Source: Halogeometricum borinquense DSM 11551
Lineage (GTDB): Archaea > Halobacteriota > Halobacteria > Halobacteriales > Haloferacaceae
Direction of reading: 5' to 3'
Assembly: GCF_000172995.2 (NCBI RefSeq)
Contig: NC_014729.1
Location: 1,170,001-1,202,000 of the forward strand
Length of the DNA: 32,000 nt
The translations under genes were made by a program, and so were the position numbers. The notes under the pieces are model-generated. The model had not been told where the DNA came from, ran no database searches, and was given only the letters and a program-made list of their open reading frames with translations. Of the stretch, positions 1-9,498 are shown piece after piece (position 1 is the first letter of the stretch; the number at the start of each line of letters is the position of its first letter).

Positions 1-1
1 G

Positions 2-490
2 TCGTTCGACTTGAAAGCGGGTGATGAGGTATCCACTGACTCGTTGGTCGCCTCGCACGCCACCTACGACGTGGTCGTGGAGACGAGCGACGGTGGCCGG
101 GCGACGGACGAGTGGTTGATCCCGGAGCGTTGGCACTGGCCGCAGTTGGCGATTCTCGTCGCAGACGATGGGTCGCTTCAGATTGGCTGTGGATTGCCCC
201 GAAGCCGAGAGATACCGGTCGAGAACACGGATGAGACGCCGCGTGATGTGACGCTAACGCTCTCTGACGGAAACGAGACGGTCGTAGAGACAACGCAGAC
301 GATACAACCCGGTAACGGCCACCTCAGCTTTGACGGTCCTATCGGTGGCGAGTACGAGATGCAGATCGAGACAGACGAAGGGTCAGACACTGCGACGTAT
401 TTCTCCTGTTACTGCCGGAATACGGAAGCACGCGTTCAGATCGACGACGGCAAGCCGACGCTGGAGACGCTCCGACTCACCTGCGAGTGA
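2..490 (+). CDS. hypothetical acidic protein, 5'-partial
   Basis: Track ORF 11..490 begins at a TTG and the frame stays open back to base 2. Composition is D/E/T-rich and halophile-like, with four Cys. No family recognised. Confidence 0.4.
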   Translation, partial: SFDLKAGDEVSTDSLVASHATYDVVVETSDGGRATDEWLIPERWHWPQLAILVADDGSLQIGCGLPRSREIPVENTDETPRDVTLTLSDGNETVVETTQTIQPGNGHLSFDGPIGGEYEMQIETDEGSDTATYFSCYCRNTEARVQIDDGKPTLETLRLTCE

Positions 491-565
491 GACGCGGTGG
501 GGAGTAATCGGTGTATTCACTCCACACCGTCGAGTTGTCGCAAAAATCGAGTTCGGTCCGGGGCG

Positions 566-1321
566 TTAGCCGCCGAGGAAGTCTTGGCGAACCTGTTCGT
601 CGTTCAGGAGCGCCCGACCGGAATCGGTGTAGCGGTTCTCGCCGTTAGCGAGGACGTACCCGCGGTCACACCGCCGAAGAGCCTCCTTCGCGTTCTGTTC
701 GACCATGAGGATGGCCGTTCCTGCCTCGTTGATCTCGTCGATCTTGTCGAACATCTCGTCTACGAGGTCCGGTGCGAGACCCGCCGAGGGTTCGTCCAAC
801 AGCAGCAGCGAGGGTTCGAGCATCAGGGCACGACCCATCGCTAGCATCTGCTGTTGGCCGCCGGACATCGTCCCCGCTTTCTGCCCTTTCCGTTCTTCGA
901 GGATGGGGAAGCGTTCAAACACCATATCGAGGGCGTCCTGCGGCACCTCATCAAGGATGTACGCACCCATCTCCAAGTTCTCTTGAACCGTGAGCGCCGC
1001 GAAGACGTTGTCGTTCTGCGGGACGTATCCGACGCCCTTGTGGATGATCTCTTCGGGGCGCAGGCCAGTGATGTCCTCGGTCTCGAACGTCACTGTTCCG
1101 CCCATGTGACTGGTGAGGCCGAAGACGGACTTCATCAGCGTGGACTTGCCTGCACCGTTCGGGCCGACGATGGTGACGTACTCGCCGTCGTGAACGTCCA
1201 TGTCCACGTCGGTGAGGATCTGTAAGTCTCCGTACCCCGCATCAAGGTTGCGGACGCGAAGCAGTTCTTCGCCCGCAACATCGGGTGTCGAGTCCGTCGC
1301 CGCGGTGGTGTCAGAACTCAT
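566..1321 (-). CDS. livF: branched-chain amino acid ABC transporter ATP-binding protein (LivF type)
   Basis: Walker A GPNGAGKST, ABC signature MSGGQQQ and Walker B LLLLDEPS. ATGA start/stop overlap (1318-1321) with the upstream ATPase gene. Confidence 0.9.
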   Translation of the reverse strand: MSSDTTAATDSTPDVAGEELLRVRNLDAGYGDLQILTDVDMDVHDGEYVTIVGPNGAGKSTLMKSVFGLTSHMGGTVTFETEDITGLRPEEIIHKGVGYVPQNDNVFAALTVQENLEMGAYILDEVPQDALDMVFERFPILEERKGQKAGTMSGGQQQMLAMGRALMLEPSLLLLDEPSAGLAPDLVDEMFDKIDEINEAGTAILMVEQNAKEALRRCDRGYVLANGENRYTDSGRALLNDEQVRQDFLGG

Positions 1322-2172
1322 ACGTTCCCTCCGAGGTACGCTTCGATGACCTCTTCGTTCGATTTGATGTCCGCTGGCGTGCCCTCAGTGAGGACGCGCC
1401 CTTGGTGGAGGACGATGACGTGTTCGCAGTTCTCCATGATGAGATCCATATCGTGTTCGACCAACAGGAAGGTGTAGCCCTGCTCTCGGAGTTCGTGGAT
1501 GTGCGTGAGCAGTCGTTTCTCAAGCGACGGGTTGACGCCGGCGAACGGTTCGTCCAACAGGAGCATGTCCGGGTCCGTCAGCAGTGCCCGAGCCATCTCC
1601 AGCAATTTCCGCTGACCGCCCGAGAGGTTGCCCGCGTACTCCTCTGCGATGTGGTCTATCTCGAAGAACTCCAGCACCTCCCAGACGCGCTCTAATAGCT
1701 CCTCTTCTTGCTCGATAACGTCGTTGCGGACGCCTGGGGTAACTGAACGCCAGAGTTTCTCGCCGCGCTGGTTCTTCGGCGCAAGCATCATGTTCTCCAA
1801 GACGGTCATGTCTTCGAGTTCGCGGGCGATTTGGAACGTCCGGACGAGTCCCTTGTTGGCGATTGCGTGCGGTTCCATCCCGGTGATGTCCTCGCCGTTG
1901 AACGTGACTGTCCCTTTGTCGGGTTTGAGCATCCCCGTGATGAGGTTGAACGTCGTCGATTTCCCGGCCCCGTTCGGGCCGATGAGGCCAGTCAGCGTTC
2001 CGTTCTCGATTTGGAACGTTGCATCGTCTACGGCGGTGATACCGCCGAACGTCTTCCGGAGTCCGTCTACCTGAAGCGGGTACTCCACCGAAACGTCGGG
2101 GGTGGAGGTCGCATCTATTTTCGCCTCGGACTCGAACTCGTTCGTCTCGGATCCGCTCTCGGTTTCACTCAT
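1318..2172 (-). CDS. livG: branched-chain amino acid ABC transporter ATP-binding protein (LivG type)
   Basis: Walker A GPNGAGKSTT, signature LSGGQRKLLE and Walker B MLLLDEPFAGV. Start moved to the internal ATG at 2172 (MSETESG...), which overlaps the livM stop by 8 nt. The track N-terminal extension to 2235 is R/P-rich and unlike the rest. Confidence 0.9.
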   Translation of the reverse strand: MSETESGSETNEFESEAKIDATSTPDVSVEYPLQVDGLRKTFGGITAVDDATFQIENGTLTGLIGPNGAGKSTTFNLITGMLKPDKGTVTFNGEDITGMEPHAIANKGLVRTFQIARELEDMTVLENMMLAPKNQRGEKLWRSVTPGVRNDVIEQEEELLERVWEVLEFFEIDHIAEEYAGNLSGGQRKLLEMARALLTDPDMLLLDEPFAGVNPSLEKRLLTHIHELREQGYTFLLVEHDMDLIMENCEHVIVLHQGRVLTEGTPADIKSNEEVIEAYLGGNV

Positions 2173-3535
2173 TGGATTCACCACCTTCAGATGCCACATT
2201 CGACGGACTGGGCGACTCGTCGGTGTGTTCGCCACCGTCGGTGGCAGTCTTTCGCGCGTGCGCCGCCGTCAGCGGGATCCCCGAAGCTGTCTCCTTCCGG
2301 TAGCCGAGCATCCCCTCGGGACGGTTGTGCATCAGCCAGATGAGGACGAGTCCCATGATGACGAGTTGGAGTTGCCGGATGCTGTCCACCGTGTAGAAGA
2401 ACAGCGGTGCCGGGTCGATGTTCGAGATGAGCGGCCCGACTGCCTGACCGAACCCGGACGGCGCGTCCGTCGATGGAAGCACGGTGTCGATGAGGTTCTT
2501 GAAGTAGCGCGGCCCCTGGTAGAGCACCGCCGCGAAGACCGCGCCACCGAGAACGCTCCCGGTGTTCGATCCCGCGCCCCCGATGATGAGCGCAATCCAG
2601 ACGAAGAACGTCACGCGCGGGCGGAAGAAGTTCGGCGTCACCGCGCCCTGCGTCATGAGCCAGAAGATTCCTGCCAGCCCCATGAGCGCACACCCGAGCA
2701 TGAACGACTTGATTTTGAACTGATTCGTGTCTTTTCCGAGGGAGTTCGCCACGTCCTCGTCCTCGCGGATGGCCTTGAGGACCCGACCGAACGGCGATTC
2801 ACCGGTCCGCTTCAGGAGCCAGAAGTACGCCCCGACGAACAGAAGCAGAATGAGGCCGTACACGAGACCGTCCACGACCGGCTTCGGATTCGTTGGCACG
2901 ATAACAGTGAACGCGTCAACGAAGCCCAGATAGGCGCCCCACAGCCCGACCGACTGGAACAACGCCTGAAGGGGATCGGTGAAGTCGAGGATGAGCCCCG
3001 ACCCGCCACCGAAGCCGACGCGGTTACCGAGTAGTTGGAACTGCTGGAGATCGCCCGACAGGAAGCTAAATCGGACGATCTCCGACATTGCGATGGTGAC
3101 GATGGCGAGGTAGTCAGCCCGCAACCGAAGCGCCGGTAAGGCGACCACGAGTCCCAGCAACGCCGCGGCAACCATCCCGGCGATGATGCCGATGATGAGT
3201 GGCAGGCCGAGACCGCCGACCTGTGCCGCGCCGCCCGGTGTGTAGGCCGGTTTCGAGAACAGCGCCATCACGTACACTCCGACAGCCATGAAGCCGACGA
3301 TGCCGATATTGAACAGCCCCGTGTACCCCCAATGGAGGTTCAGCGCCAGCGCCAGCATAGCGAACACGCCGATGTAGAACGTCAACACCGCGATGGTGTT
3401 GAGTTGGCCGCGAAGCGAGTAGCCGAGACCGACGCCGACGAGGACGTACGCCGCGTACGTCACCAACAGCACGGCCACGATGAGGCCCGTGTCGCCGCCC
3501 GGCATCCGGGCCGCGAGGTCGTCGCGAACGCTCAT
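2165..3535 (-). CDS. livM: branched-chain amino acid ABC transporter permease (LivM type)
   Basis: Polytopic hydrophobic protein with LivM-like blocks (NLHWGYTGLFNIG, SFMLGCALMGLAG). Start chosen at ATG 3535 (MSVRDDL...), giving an ATGA overlap with the livH stop. The track extension to 3829 is Arg-rich antisense-like sequence. Confidence 0.85.
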   Translation of the reverse strand: MSVRDDLAARMPGGDTGLIVAVLLVTYAAYVLVGVGLGYSLRGQLNTIAVLTFYIGVFAMLALALNLHWGYTGLFNIGIVGFMAVGVYVMALFSKPAYTPGGAAQVGGLGLPLIIGIIAGMVAAALLGLVVALPALRLRADYLAIVTIAMSEIVRFSFLSGDLQQFQLLGNRVGFGGGSGLILDFTDPLQALFQSVGLWGAYLGFVDAFTVIVPTNPKPVVDGLVYGLILLLFVGAYFWLLKRTGESPFGRVLKAIREDEDVANSLGKDTNQFKIKSFMLGCALMGLAGIFWLMTQGAVTPNFFRPRVTFFVWIALIIGGAGSNTGSVLGGAVFAAVLYQGPRYFKNLIDTVLPSTDAPSGFGQAVGPLISNIDPAPLFFYTVDSIRQLQLVIMGLVLIWLMHNRPEGMLGYRKETASGIPLTAAHARKTATDGGEHTDESPSPSNVASEGGESNE

Positions 3536-4638
3536 GCTGTCGACCTCCCGCTGAACAGGCCAGACGGTTTCACGAGCAGGATCACGATCATCACGACGAA
3601 CGCCGCCGCGCGGGCGAACGCCGACGGAATCCACAGCACCGACAGCGACGCCGTCAGACCGATAACGAGGCCGCCCGCGATGGCACCGTAGATGGAGCCG
3701 ATACCGCCGAGGATGACCGCAGCGAAGATGAGCAGCAGCAAGAGCCACCCATCGTTGAATCCGAGCGTCCCCTTCCAGAGGACGAACATGTAGCCTGCGA
3801 CGCCGGTGAGTCCCCCACCGATAACCCACACCGAGCGAACGACACGTTCAGTTGGAATCCCCGTGACGCGTGCGAGGTCTTCGTTGTCGGCCATCGCGCG
3901 CATCGCCTTGCCGAGTTTCGTCCGCTGAAGCAGGAGGTGAACGCCGAGCATCAGTCCCCCTGCAACGACAACCAGTGTCAGGTCGTGCATGTTGATTCGA
4001 ACTGCTCCGTCGAGTAGGTACACCGCGAACGACGGCGGTTGCGCCGTCGTTCCGCGCACGTTCGATCCGAACACGAACTGCATCATGTATCGGAGCGCGA
4101 ACGCGACCCCGATGCTCGTGATGAGAAGCGTGATTCCGTCCTCGTCACGAATTGGCCGGAAAATAGCCCGGTCAACCGCGAGCGACAGGACGATAGTGAA
4201 CGCTCCTGCGACGAGTAGTCCCGCGATAACTGCGAGTGGCGTCCCCGTGATGCCGATGCCGAGTGTCCCACCGAACACTGACCCACCTGCACCGACTAAC
4301 ACCAACGCTCCAATATCGGCGCGTCCGAGTCCAGCAAGAACGTACGTCGTTGCCCACCCGGAGAACGCGCCCGCGGTGATGAAATCACCGTGCGCGAAGT
4401 TTGCGAAGTTCAAGATGCTGTACGTCATCGATAACCCGATACCCGCCAGACCGATCACCAGCCCACGCATTAGGCCGTCCCAAACCAGTGACCCCACGTC
4501 ACTGAGTGCAGTCTGTCCGGTTGCGAGGCCAACGAGGAGGTCTCCGAGGAGGAGTACCCCGACGAAGGCCAAGATAAGCGCCCCCGGCCGGTCCACTGCG
4601 AACCGGCGTCCACGTGAGTAGGTCTCAGCAATACCCAT
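3532..4638 (-). CDS. livH: branched-chain amino acid ABC transporter permease (LivH type)
   Basis: Polytopic membrane protein with LivH-like blocks (GLSMTYSILNFANFAHGDF, MRAMADNEDLARVTGI). First gene of a translationally coupled four-gene operon. Confidence 0.9.
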   Translation of the reverse strand: MGIAETYSRGRRFAVDRPGALILAFVGVLLLGDLLVGLATGQTALSDVGSLVWDGLMRGLVIGLAGIGLSMTYSILNFANFAHGDFITAGAFSGWATTYVLAGLGRADIGALVLVGAGGSVFGGTLGIGITGTPLAVIAGLLVAGAFTIVLSLAVDRAIFRPIRDEDGITLLITSIGVAFALRYMMQFVFGSNVRGTTAQPPSFAVYLLDGAVRINMHDLTLVVVAGGLMLGVHLLLQRTKLGKAMRAMADNEDLARVTGIPTERVVRSVWVIGGGLTGVAGYMFVLWKGTLGFNDGWLLLLLIFAAVILGGIGSIYGAIAGGLVIGLTASLSVLWIPSAFARAAAFVVMIVILLVKPSGLFSGRSTA

Positions 4639-4832
4639 TGATAACTATCCTCACGGTATGTGCGGACGTGAAACTATGATAAGTCTTTCTTCATCGTTCA
4701 GACAATCACGCGAATTCTCCCACCAAAACAGACAAACATAATCATTAATGGGTATGTTAATACACCGTCTGAGAGCGCTGTGTCTCAAAAACGGGGAGTA
4801 GTTCTTTCGCACCAGAGGACGAAGCCCCAACG

Positions 4833-5339
4833 ATGGACTATACCGACGGGAGCGCGATACAGATCGGTCGTACGAATACGGCCGAAATCGACGCACTCGC
4901 GGATCTTTGGGTCTCACTCGCGGCCGACCAGCGGTCGTATCAGTCACATCTCCGTTCTGATGAGAACCGCGGGCGGATACGCGAAGCGATGGCGCGGCAC
5001 GTCGTCACCGACGGCATCCGTGTCGCCCGTGTGAGTGATGAAATAGTTGGCTTCGTAATGTACAGTCTCGAACGTGGCGATTTCGAGCAAGACGAGACGA
5101 GAGGCGTCATCCGTAATCTGTACGTCAAGCCCGCACATCGAAGTCGCGGAATCGGCTCTCGGCTTCTCAAATCCGCGGAGGCAGAACTCGCGGGCGCGGG
5201 CGCGACGCACATCTGTCTCGAAGCCATGGCACGGAACGAACGCGCCCGAAAATTCTACGAACGACACGGCTACACCGTCCATCGAGTCGAGTTGGAGAAG
5301 GCAATCGAAAACGATACACACTCAAAGGAGGACCGATAA
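4833..5339 (+). CDS. GNAT family N-acetyltransferase
   Basis: Acetyl-CoA binding motif A region (LYVKPAHRSRGIGSRLL), C-terminal NERARKFYERHGY and typical length of 168 aa. Confidence 0.85.
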   Translation: MDYTDGSAIQIGRTNTAEIDALADLWVSLAADQRSYQSHLRSDENRGRIREAMARHVVTDGIRVARVSDEIVGFVMYSLERGDFEQDETRGVIRNLYVKPAHRSRGIGSRLLKSAEAELAGAGATHICLEAMARNERARKFYERHGYTVHRVELEKAIENDTHSKEDR

Positions 5340-5350
5340 CTCGAAACCGC

Positions 5351-5424
5351 GCCAGGGGAGCATGGGCGGTTCATGCACTCGACTTGTAATCGAGACTTCG
5401 CGGGTTCAAATCCCGCCCCTGGCT
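5351..5424 (+). tRNA. tRNA-Thr (anticodon TGT)
   Basis: Hand-folded cloverleaf. Acceptor GCCAGGG/CCCTGGC, D stem GCAT/ATGC, anticodon stem CTCGA/TCGAG with loop CTTGTAA, and T arm GCGGG-TTCAAAT-CCCGC. Total 74 nt. Position 8 is G rather than the usual U. Confidence 0.75.
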
Positions 5425-5486
5425 TACAAACGGCTCGCAGTATCTGCGCCCCAAGAATTTCTACATTACCAACCGAAGAGACGGTA

Positions 5487-6242
5487 ATGAGCTTAGAACA
5501 GTTCTTTCAGTCCGTTGAGCGGAGGGATTTATCGCTTGTTGTAGTCAATCGGGAAACTCCGCGACCGATTCAGTCGATGCTCGAAGGGCTGTTCGAACAG
5601 CAATCAATCGAGATACGCCAAGAACAGATTCCAGACGAGGCTGCGGACACGGTGTATCTGGTCGATGACGGCAAGGTCATCGAATCGTCCCCGCTCACCG
5701 AAGTTCAAGAGTCGATTCTACTCGTCAACTCGGATTTGTATATTACCGGCGCGCGCGGACTATCCGAAATCGAACTTCCGGACGTGATCAGAGCGCTCGA
5801 AGATGTACGGTTCACCCTCCGCGGCTATCCGGAGTCACACAAAGAGAAACTGCTGCTCATCACGGTGTCCCGATACATCGAGCGATTAGCGCTCGATACG
5901 ATGAACGGAACCATCCGGTCGTCCTTTCAGCGACTTTCGCGCATCAACGACGAACAAGGAACTCGGACGGTGTACGAAAAACTAGCTGCATCTCCCGTGG
6001 ATACGCACGTGTACGGGATTCCTGATTGGACGCCACCACCGGAGTTCGACATCACGATGCACGGTGGGTGGTCGGACGAGTTCCGTGATGCGTGGTTCGT
6101 CGTGTTCGTACCCGACGCCGACGACGGGCCGCACTCGGCACTGCTGTCGCTAGAAACCAGCCCGGGGGTCTGGGATGGATTCTGGACATTCGACCCGGAG
6201 AGAGTCACTGACATCGCTCAGTACCTCCAACGAGAACTGTGA
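5487..6242 (+). CDS. DICT-like sensory domain protein (tentative family call)
   Basis: 251-aa acidic ORF. Start moved to ATG 5487 because the track start at 5373 lies inside the tRNA. The sequence resembles haloarchaeal proteins I recall as annotated DICT domain-containing. Not verifiable here. Confidence 0.65.
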   Translation: MSLEQFFQSVERRDLSLVVVNRETPRPIQSMLEGLFEQQSIEIRQEQIPDEAADTVYLVDDGKVIESSPLTEVQESILLVNSDLYITGARGLSEIELPDVIRALEDVRFTLRGYPESHKEKLLLITVSRYIERLALDTMNGTIRSSFQRLSRINDEQGTRTVYEKLAASPVDTHVYGIPDWTPPPEFDITMHGGWSDEFRDAWFVVFVPDADDGPHSALLSLETSPGVWDGFWTFDPERVTDIAQYLQREL

Positions 6243-6459
6243 GAACAGGGGTAGCGACCGTCAATCCGGCGAGAAGTATCCAAAACAATAGATGTGTTTT
6301 TTCGTCATCATTGTCACTCGATCTCCTTCGAGTTGAGTATCGGCCGAGAGAGGCCATATTCGTGCCGATAAGAAAAACGGCGTAGCGATATTGTCATTGC
6401 AACTCCAGAAGACATACCGGGAACTTCTTTTGCTTTGGCACTACCAACTGTGACGACCG

Positions 6460-6684
6460 ATGGCATCGCAGGCACCCCTCAGTATTCAAATCGTGACAGA
6501 GATATCACGGCTAGAAGGTGTCGAACCGTTCGAACTCCCACCACTCGAAGACTGCGTAGACACCGAATCACTCGACACGTTGTTCGGGAGTTCGGACGCT
6601 CCGTTCCACGCAGGATCAGTTTCGTTTCACTACGCTGGCTACGAGGTTACAGTCTCGCATACGGGGGAGTTCGAGATAGCGTAA
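6460..6684 (+). CDS. HalOD1 (halobacterial output domain 1) family small protein
   Basis: 74 aa with the characteristic pattern EGVEPFELPPLEDCVDTESLDTLF...VSFHYAGYEVTV. Confidence 0.75.
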   Translation: MASQAPLSIQIVTEISRLEGVEPFELPPLEDCVDTESLDTLFGSSDAPFHAGSVSFHYAGYEVTVSHTGEFEIA

Positions 6685-6849
6685 CCAATTTGCGGGTGTA
6701 AGGTATCTCAACGACGACAGCACGATAGACGCCTTCTCGATCACTTTCGGGGTGCCATCGAACGTTTCGCTGGCGTGAGGTTCAGCACTGTTTCAACTTG
6801 ACTTCGCCACAGCGTTTTCCGCACGTTGAAATACCGGTGCAACGAGGAC

Positions 6850-7425
6850 ATGCCTGTACCCATGGACGGGGGACGCGGCACACAGCAGAGACGTGACCGG
6901 CAACGAGCGAAGCGGACATCGCCCGAATCGGATACCGGCCGGTTAGTTACCGTTTGCGGCCTTCCGGGTGTCGGCAAGACGCTGGTATCTGAACGGATCG
7001 CCGACAGACTCGACGGACGGTTGATTCGGACCGACGTGGTTCGAAAAGAACTGTTTCCCGAGCCTGAGTACACTTCGGCCGAACGGCAGTCAGTCTACGA
7101 TGAACTGTTCTCTCGCGGACGCGAGAGTATCCAGAACGGGACCCCTGCCGTCCTCGATGCGACCTTTCGGAAGCGTGAGGATCGAGACCGGGCGGCGTCG
7201 GTCGCTACGGCCGCGGACGTGCCGTTAGAGATCGTTCAGGTTGAGTGCGACACACAGGTCGTCCGCGAGCGGATCGCCGCCCGCGAAGACGACGAGAGTG
7301 ATGCTGACTTCGAGATCTACCTCAAGTTCCGCGACCGCTTCGAACATATCGAACGCGAACACGAGACGGTGGACAACTCGGGCGACATGGCCGAGACGCG
7401 GCGACAGATAGACGCAATGTTCTGA
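6850..7425 (+). CDS. P-loop kinase-like / AAA-family ATPase
   Basis: Walker A CGLPGVGKT and a compact nucleotide-kinase-like size. The track start at 6826 is TTG. The first ATG is 6850, with an alternative at 6862. Confidence 0.7.
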   Translation: MPVPMDGGRGTQQRRDRQRAKRTSPESDTGRLVTVCGLPGVGKTLVSERIADRLDGRLIRTDVVRKELFPEPEYTSAERQSVYDELFSRGRESIQNGTPAVLDATFRKREDRDRAASVATAADVPLEIVQVECDTQVVRERIAAREDDESDADFEIYLKFRDRFEHIEREHETVDNSGDMAETRRQIDAMF

Positions 7426-7488
7426 AACGGGAGCGCGTGGAACGAGCGGCGTGTCTCGGATGGGTGCTACTGTCAGGAACGGAAAAAG

Positions 7489-7665
7489 ACCACTGTGGGA
7501 GGATGGGGTGGAGTCTATTGGGGGACTACTGTGGAGCGTATGGGGGGAGGGGACCCACCGTGGGGGATCGGTGAGTCGTCAAACGGGTGGGGGCGAACGT
7601 CAGCGGGTAGCGGAAACGGATGGGGAATGGTGGGGGGAGGGGAAAGACGGTGGGAGGGGGGGATG
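7489..7665 (+). repeat. G-run-rich tract with internal direct repeats
   Basis: Fourteen runs of >=3 G between 7497 and 7662, all on the plus strand. TGGGGGGAGGGGA is repeated exactly at 7541-7553 and 7631-7643. AC(C/T)ACTGTGG modules occur at 7489 and 7525. The tract lies in a convergent intergenic region. Confidence 0.7.
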
Positions 7666-7833
7666 CACCGTCTACGGTATCCGTTCCGCCGTTAGGGGCG
7701 GCGCATCTTTTCCTATGGAAGCCGGGGACATAACCACAGCGTATACTCAAACAGTCGTTTTACCGAAGACGACGTGCGTCAGACGTTGCTACTAGGCACC
7801 TGTTAACCCCGCTACCGTCGGCGTAACGTTCCA

Positions 7834-8256
7834 TTAGCGCGATGTGTCGTTCTCGCGCGGGGCGAGGAGGATGAGCGCGCCCGGGATTGAGAGCGCGACG
7901 AGTTTCATCGGGTTTTGACGGATATCCACGTCCGGATCCAACGGTTGGCTCTGCACGTCGGTGATGCGCAGACACGAGTAGTAGACGGTGATATGCGTGA
8001 CGACGTATCCGAACAGGAATGGCACCAAGAGCGGGTACGTCAGCCCGAGTTGTGTCGCTAACAGATCGAAGAGGATAGCCGTCGCCGACGAGACAGCGAT
8101 GAAATCACCGAGTTGCAGGGTCACTCCAGTGAACGCGGTAACCGTGGAATCGATCCACGAGGACGTGTACGGGGTGTAGACGAAGGCGGTGAACACGCTC
8201 ACGGCGACGAGAGATGCGCCGAGAAACAGTCCACTCACTGGGTACACGTACTCCAT
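7834..8256 (-). CDS. hypothetical integral membrane protein
   Basis: 140 aa with about four hydrophobic segments. A TATA-like AACTATAC lies 24-34 nt upstream of the ATG. No family recognised. Confidence 0.6.
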   Translation of the reverse strand: MEYVYPVSGLFLGASLVAVSVFTAFVYTPYTSSWIDSTVTAFTGVTLQLGDFIAVSSATAILFDLLATQLGLTYPLLVPFLFGYVVTHITVYYSCLRITDVQSQPLDPDVDIRQNPMKLVALSIPGALILLAPRENDTSR

Positions 8257-8367
8257 CTTACTCGCGCTGAATACCTGCGTGAGTATAGTTCTATCTCTCT
8301 AGCTATCAGATCTGAGTATAGTTTGTGAATAGCGGTTCTCGACGGATCTACGCCTCAGATACCGGAA

Positions 8368-9498
8368 TTATGACGTGGAATTGCCGTCTGTCGCTGTCTC
8401 GCCCGTGGTCTCTCTGTCTTCGGAGGCTGTTTCGGTGTCCGCCGAACCGTTGGCGTTGCGATTCGAGGGCACATCTCGACCGGAGTTAGCGTCAGCATGT
8501 CCCGGCCCGTTTCCAGAATTCCCGGGATCGCTGGCGCTGTTCCCGTTCGAGCGATTGGGTCCAGTCTTGGCACTGTTATCGTCGGTTCGTTCACTACCGT
8601 GTCCGTGCGCGTTACCCGAATTTCCGGGTTCGCCCGCTTCGTTCTGTCCGTCGTTCCGGCCCGTCTCATTTGCTGCGTTGCCGGGCGCGCCCGAGTTGCC
8701 TTGTCCCCGATCTCGCCCAGGTGCGTCCGCGGAATTGCCGGGCGAGTTCGAGTCGCTCTCGTTGCGGTCCGGCGGTCCGCGTTCGCCGGGGCGGTCGGTG
8801 GGCGGCCCACGAGCGAAGCCGTTACCGACGTTCTCGCCAGCGACTTCGCGGGCGACTTCCGACACCTCGGATCTGGAGAGATTCTCCGTGTCGTTACGGA
8901 GTCGGTCGAACCGTTTCTCGTCGAGACCAGTCGCCTGTCGTGCCTCCGGCGGCAGTCCGTCGGCGGCCTCCTGTGATTTGTCGAGGAGGCGTTGGAGCGA
9001 GCGAATTTCAGCCGCGAGGCGCGCGGCCTGCGACCGATACCGACCCTGCGAGAGGTTTCCTTCGCGCCGTTCAGCCTTCAACACCTCCAACTGCGTCTGA
9101 AGGCTTTCGAGTCGCTCTTGCGTCTGATTCACCTGTTGTGAGACAACTTTCGCTTTCGACTCGTTGGATCGGGCGGATGCGACTTGCTTCTCGAACGACC
9201 GTGTGGCGATTTCGCCGTCGATCTCAGTGCGTTGGACAGCGAGAACTCCGGCAAGTTGCGCACCGGGCGAAATCCCACCCGACGACTCGTTCGAGTCAGC
9301 GTCCTCTGCTTTTGCCGTCTCGTTGTCCGTCCCTGCCGTTTCGTTCGTAGCGGTCCCTGTCTCGGTCGCATTCTGTGCAGCGACCGCGGGCGACTCTCCG
9401 GACGGTCCTGTCGGTGGTGACGCGGCAGCGGCCATCCCGGCCGATGCGGACGCTACGACGAGAACCAACACCATCGAGAGCGTAACGACCCGTCTCAT
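8368..9498 (-). CDS. secreted protein with coiled-coil core and G/N/S/P low-complexity tail
   Basis: Start set at ATG 9498 (MRRVVTLSMVLVLVVASASAGMAAA, signal-peptide-like). The central region is heptad-like (QERLESLQTQLEVLKAERRE...). The C-terminus has degenerate PGNSGN-type repeats. Confidence 0.75.
   Translation of the reverse strand: MRRVVTLSMVLVLVVASASAGMAAAASPPTGPSGESPAVAAQNATETGTATNETAGTDNETAKAEDADSNESSGGISPGAQLAGVLAVQRTEIDGEIATRSFEKQVASARSNESKAKVVSQQVNQTQERLESLQTQLEVLKAERREGNLSQGRYRSQAARLAAEIRSLQRLLDKSQEAADGLPPEARQATGLDEKRFDRLRNDTENLSRSEVSEVAREVAGENVGNGFARGPPTDRPGERGPPDRNESDSNSPGNSADAPGRDRGQGNSGAPGNAANETGRNDGQNEAGEPGNSGNAHGHGSERTDDNSAKTGPNRSNGNSASDPGNSGNGPGHADANSGRDVPSNRNANGSADTETASEDRETTGETATDGNSTS

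Noticed and set aside
2102-3034. 310-aa plus-strand ORF and other long ORFs inside the liv operon (for example 3989..4621)
   Set aside because: They lie antisense to the LivM/LivH permease genes. They are Arg/Pro/Ser-rich and not membrane-like.
5373-5486. N-terminal extension of the DICT-like ORF
   Set aside because: It would start inside tRNA-Thr. An ATG at 5487 gives a sensible acidic N-terminus.
7451-7795. 114-aa Gly/Trp-rich ORF and the overlapping 66- and 74-aa ORFs
   Set aside because: They are translation artefacts of the G-run tract (GGN/TGG codons). There is no start context or protein-like pattern.
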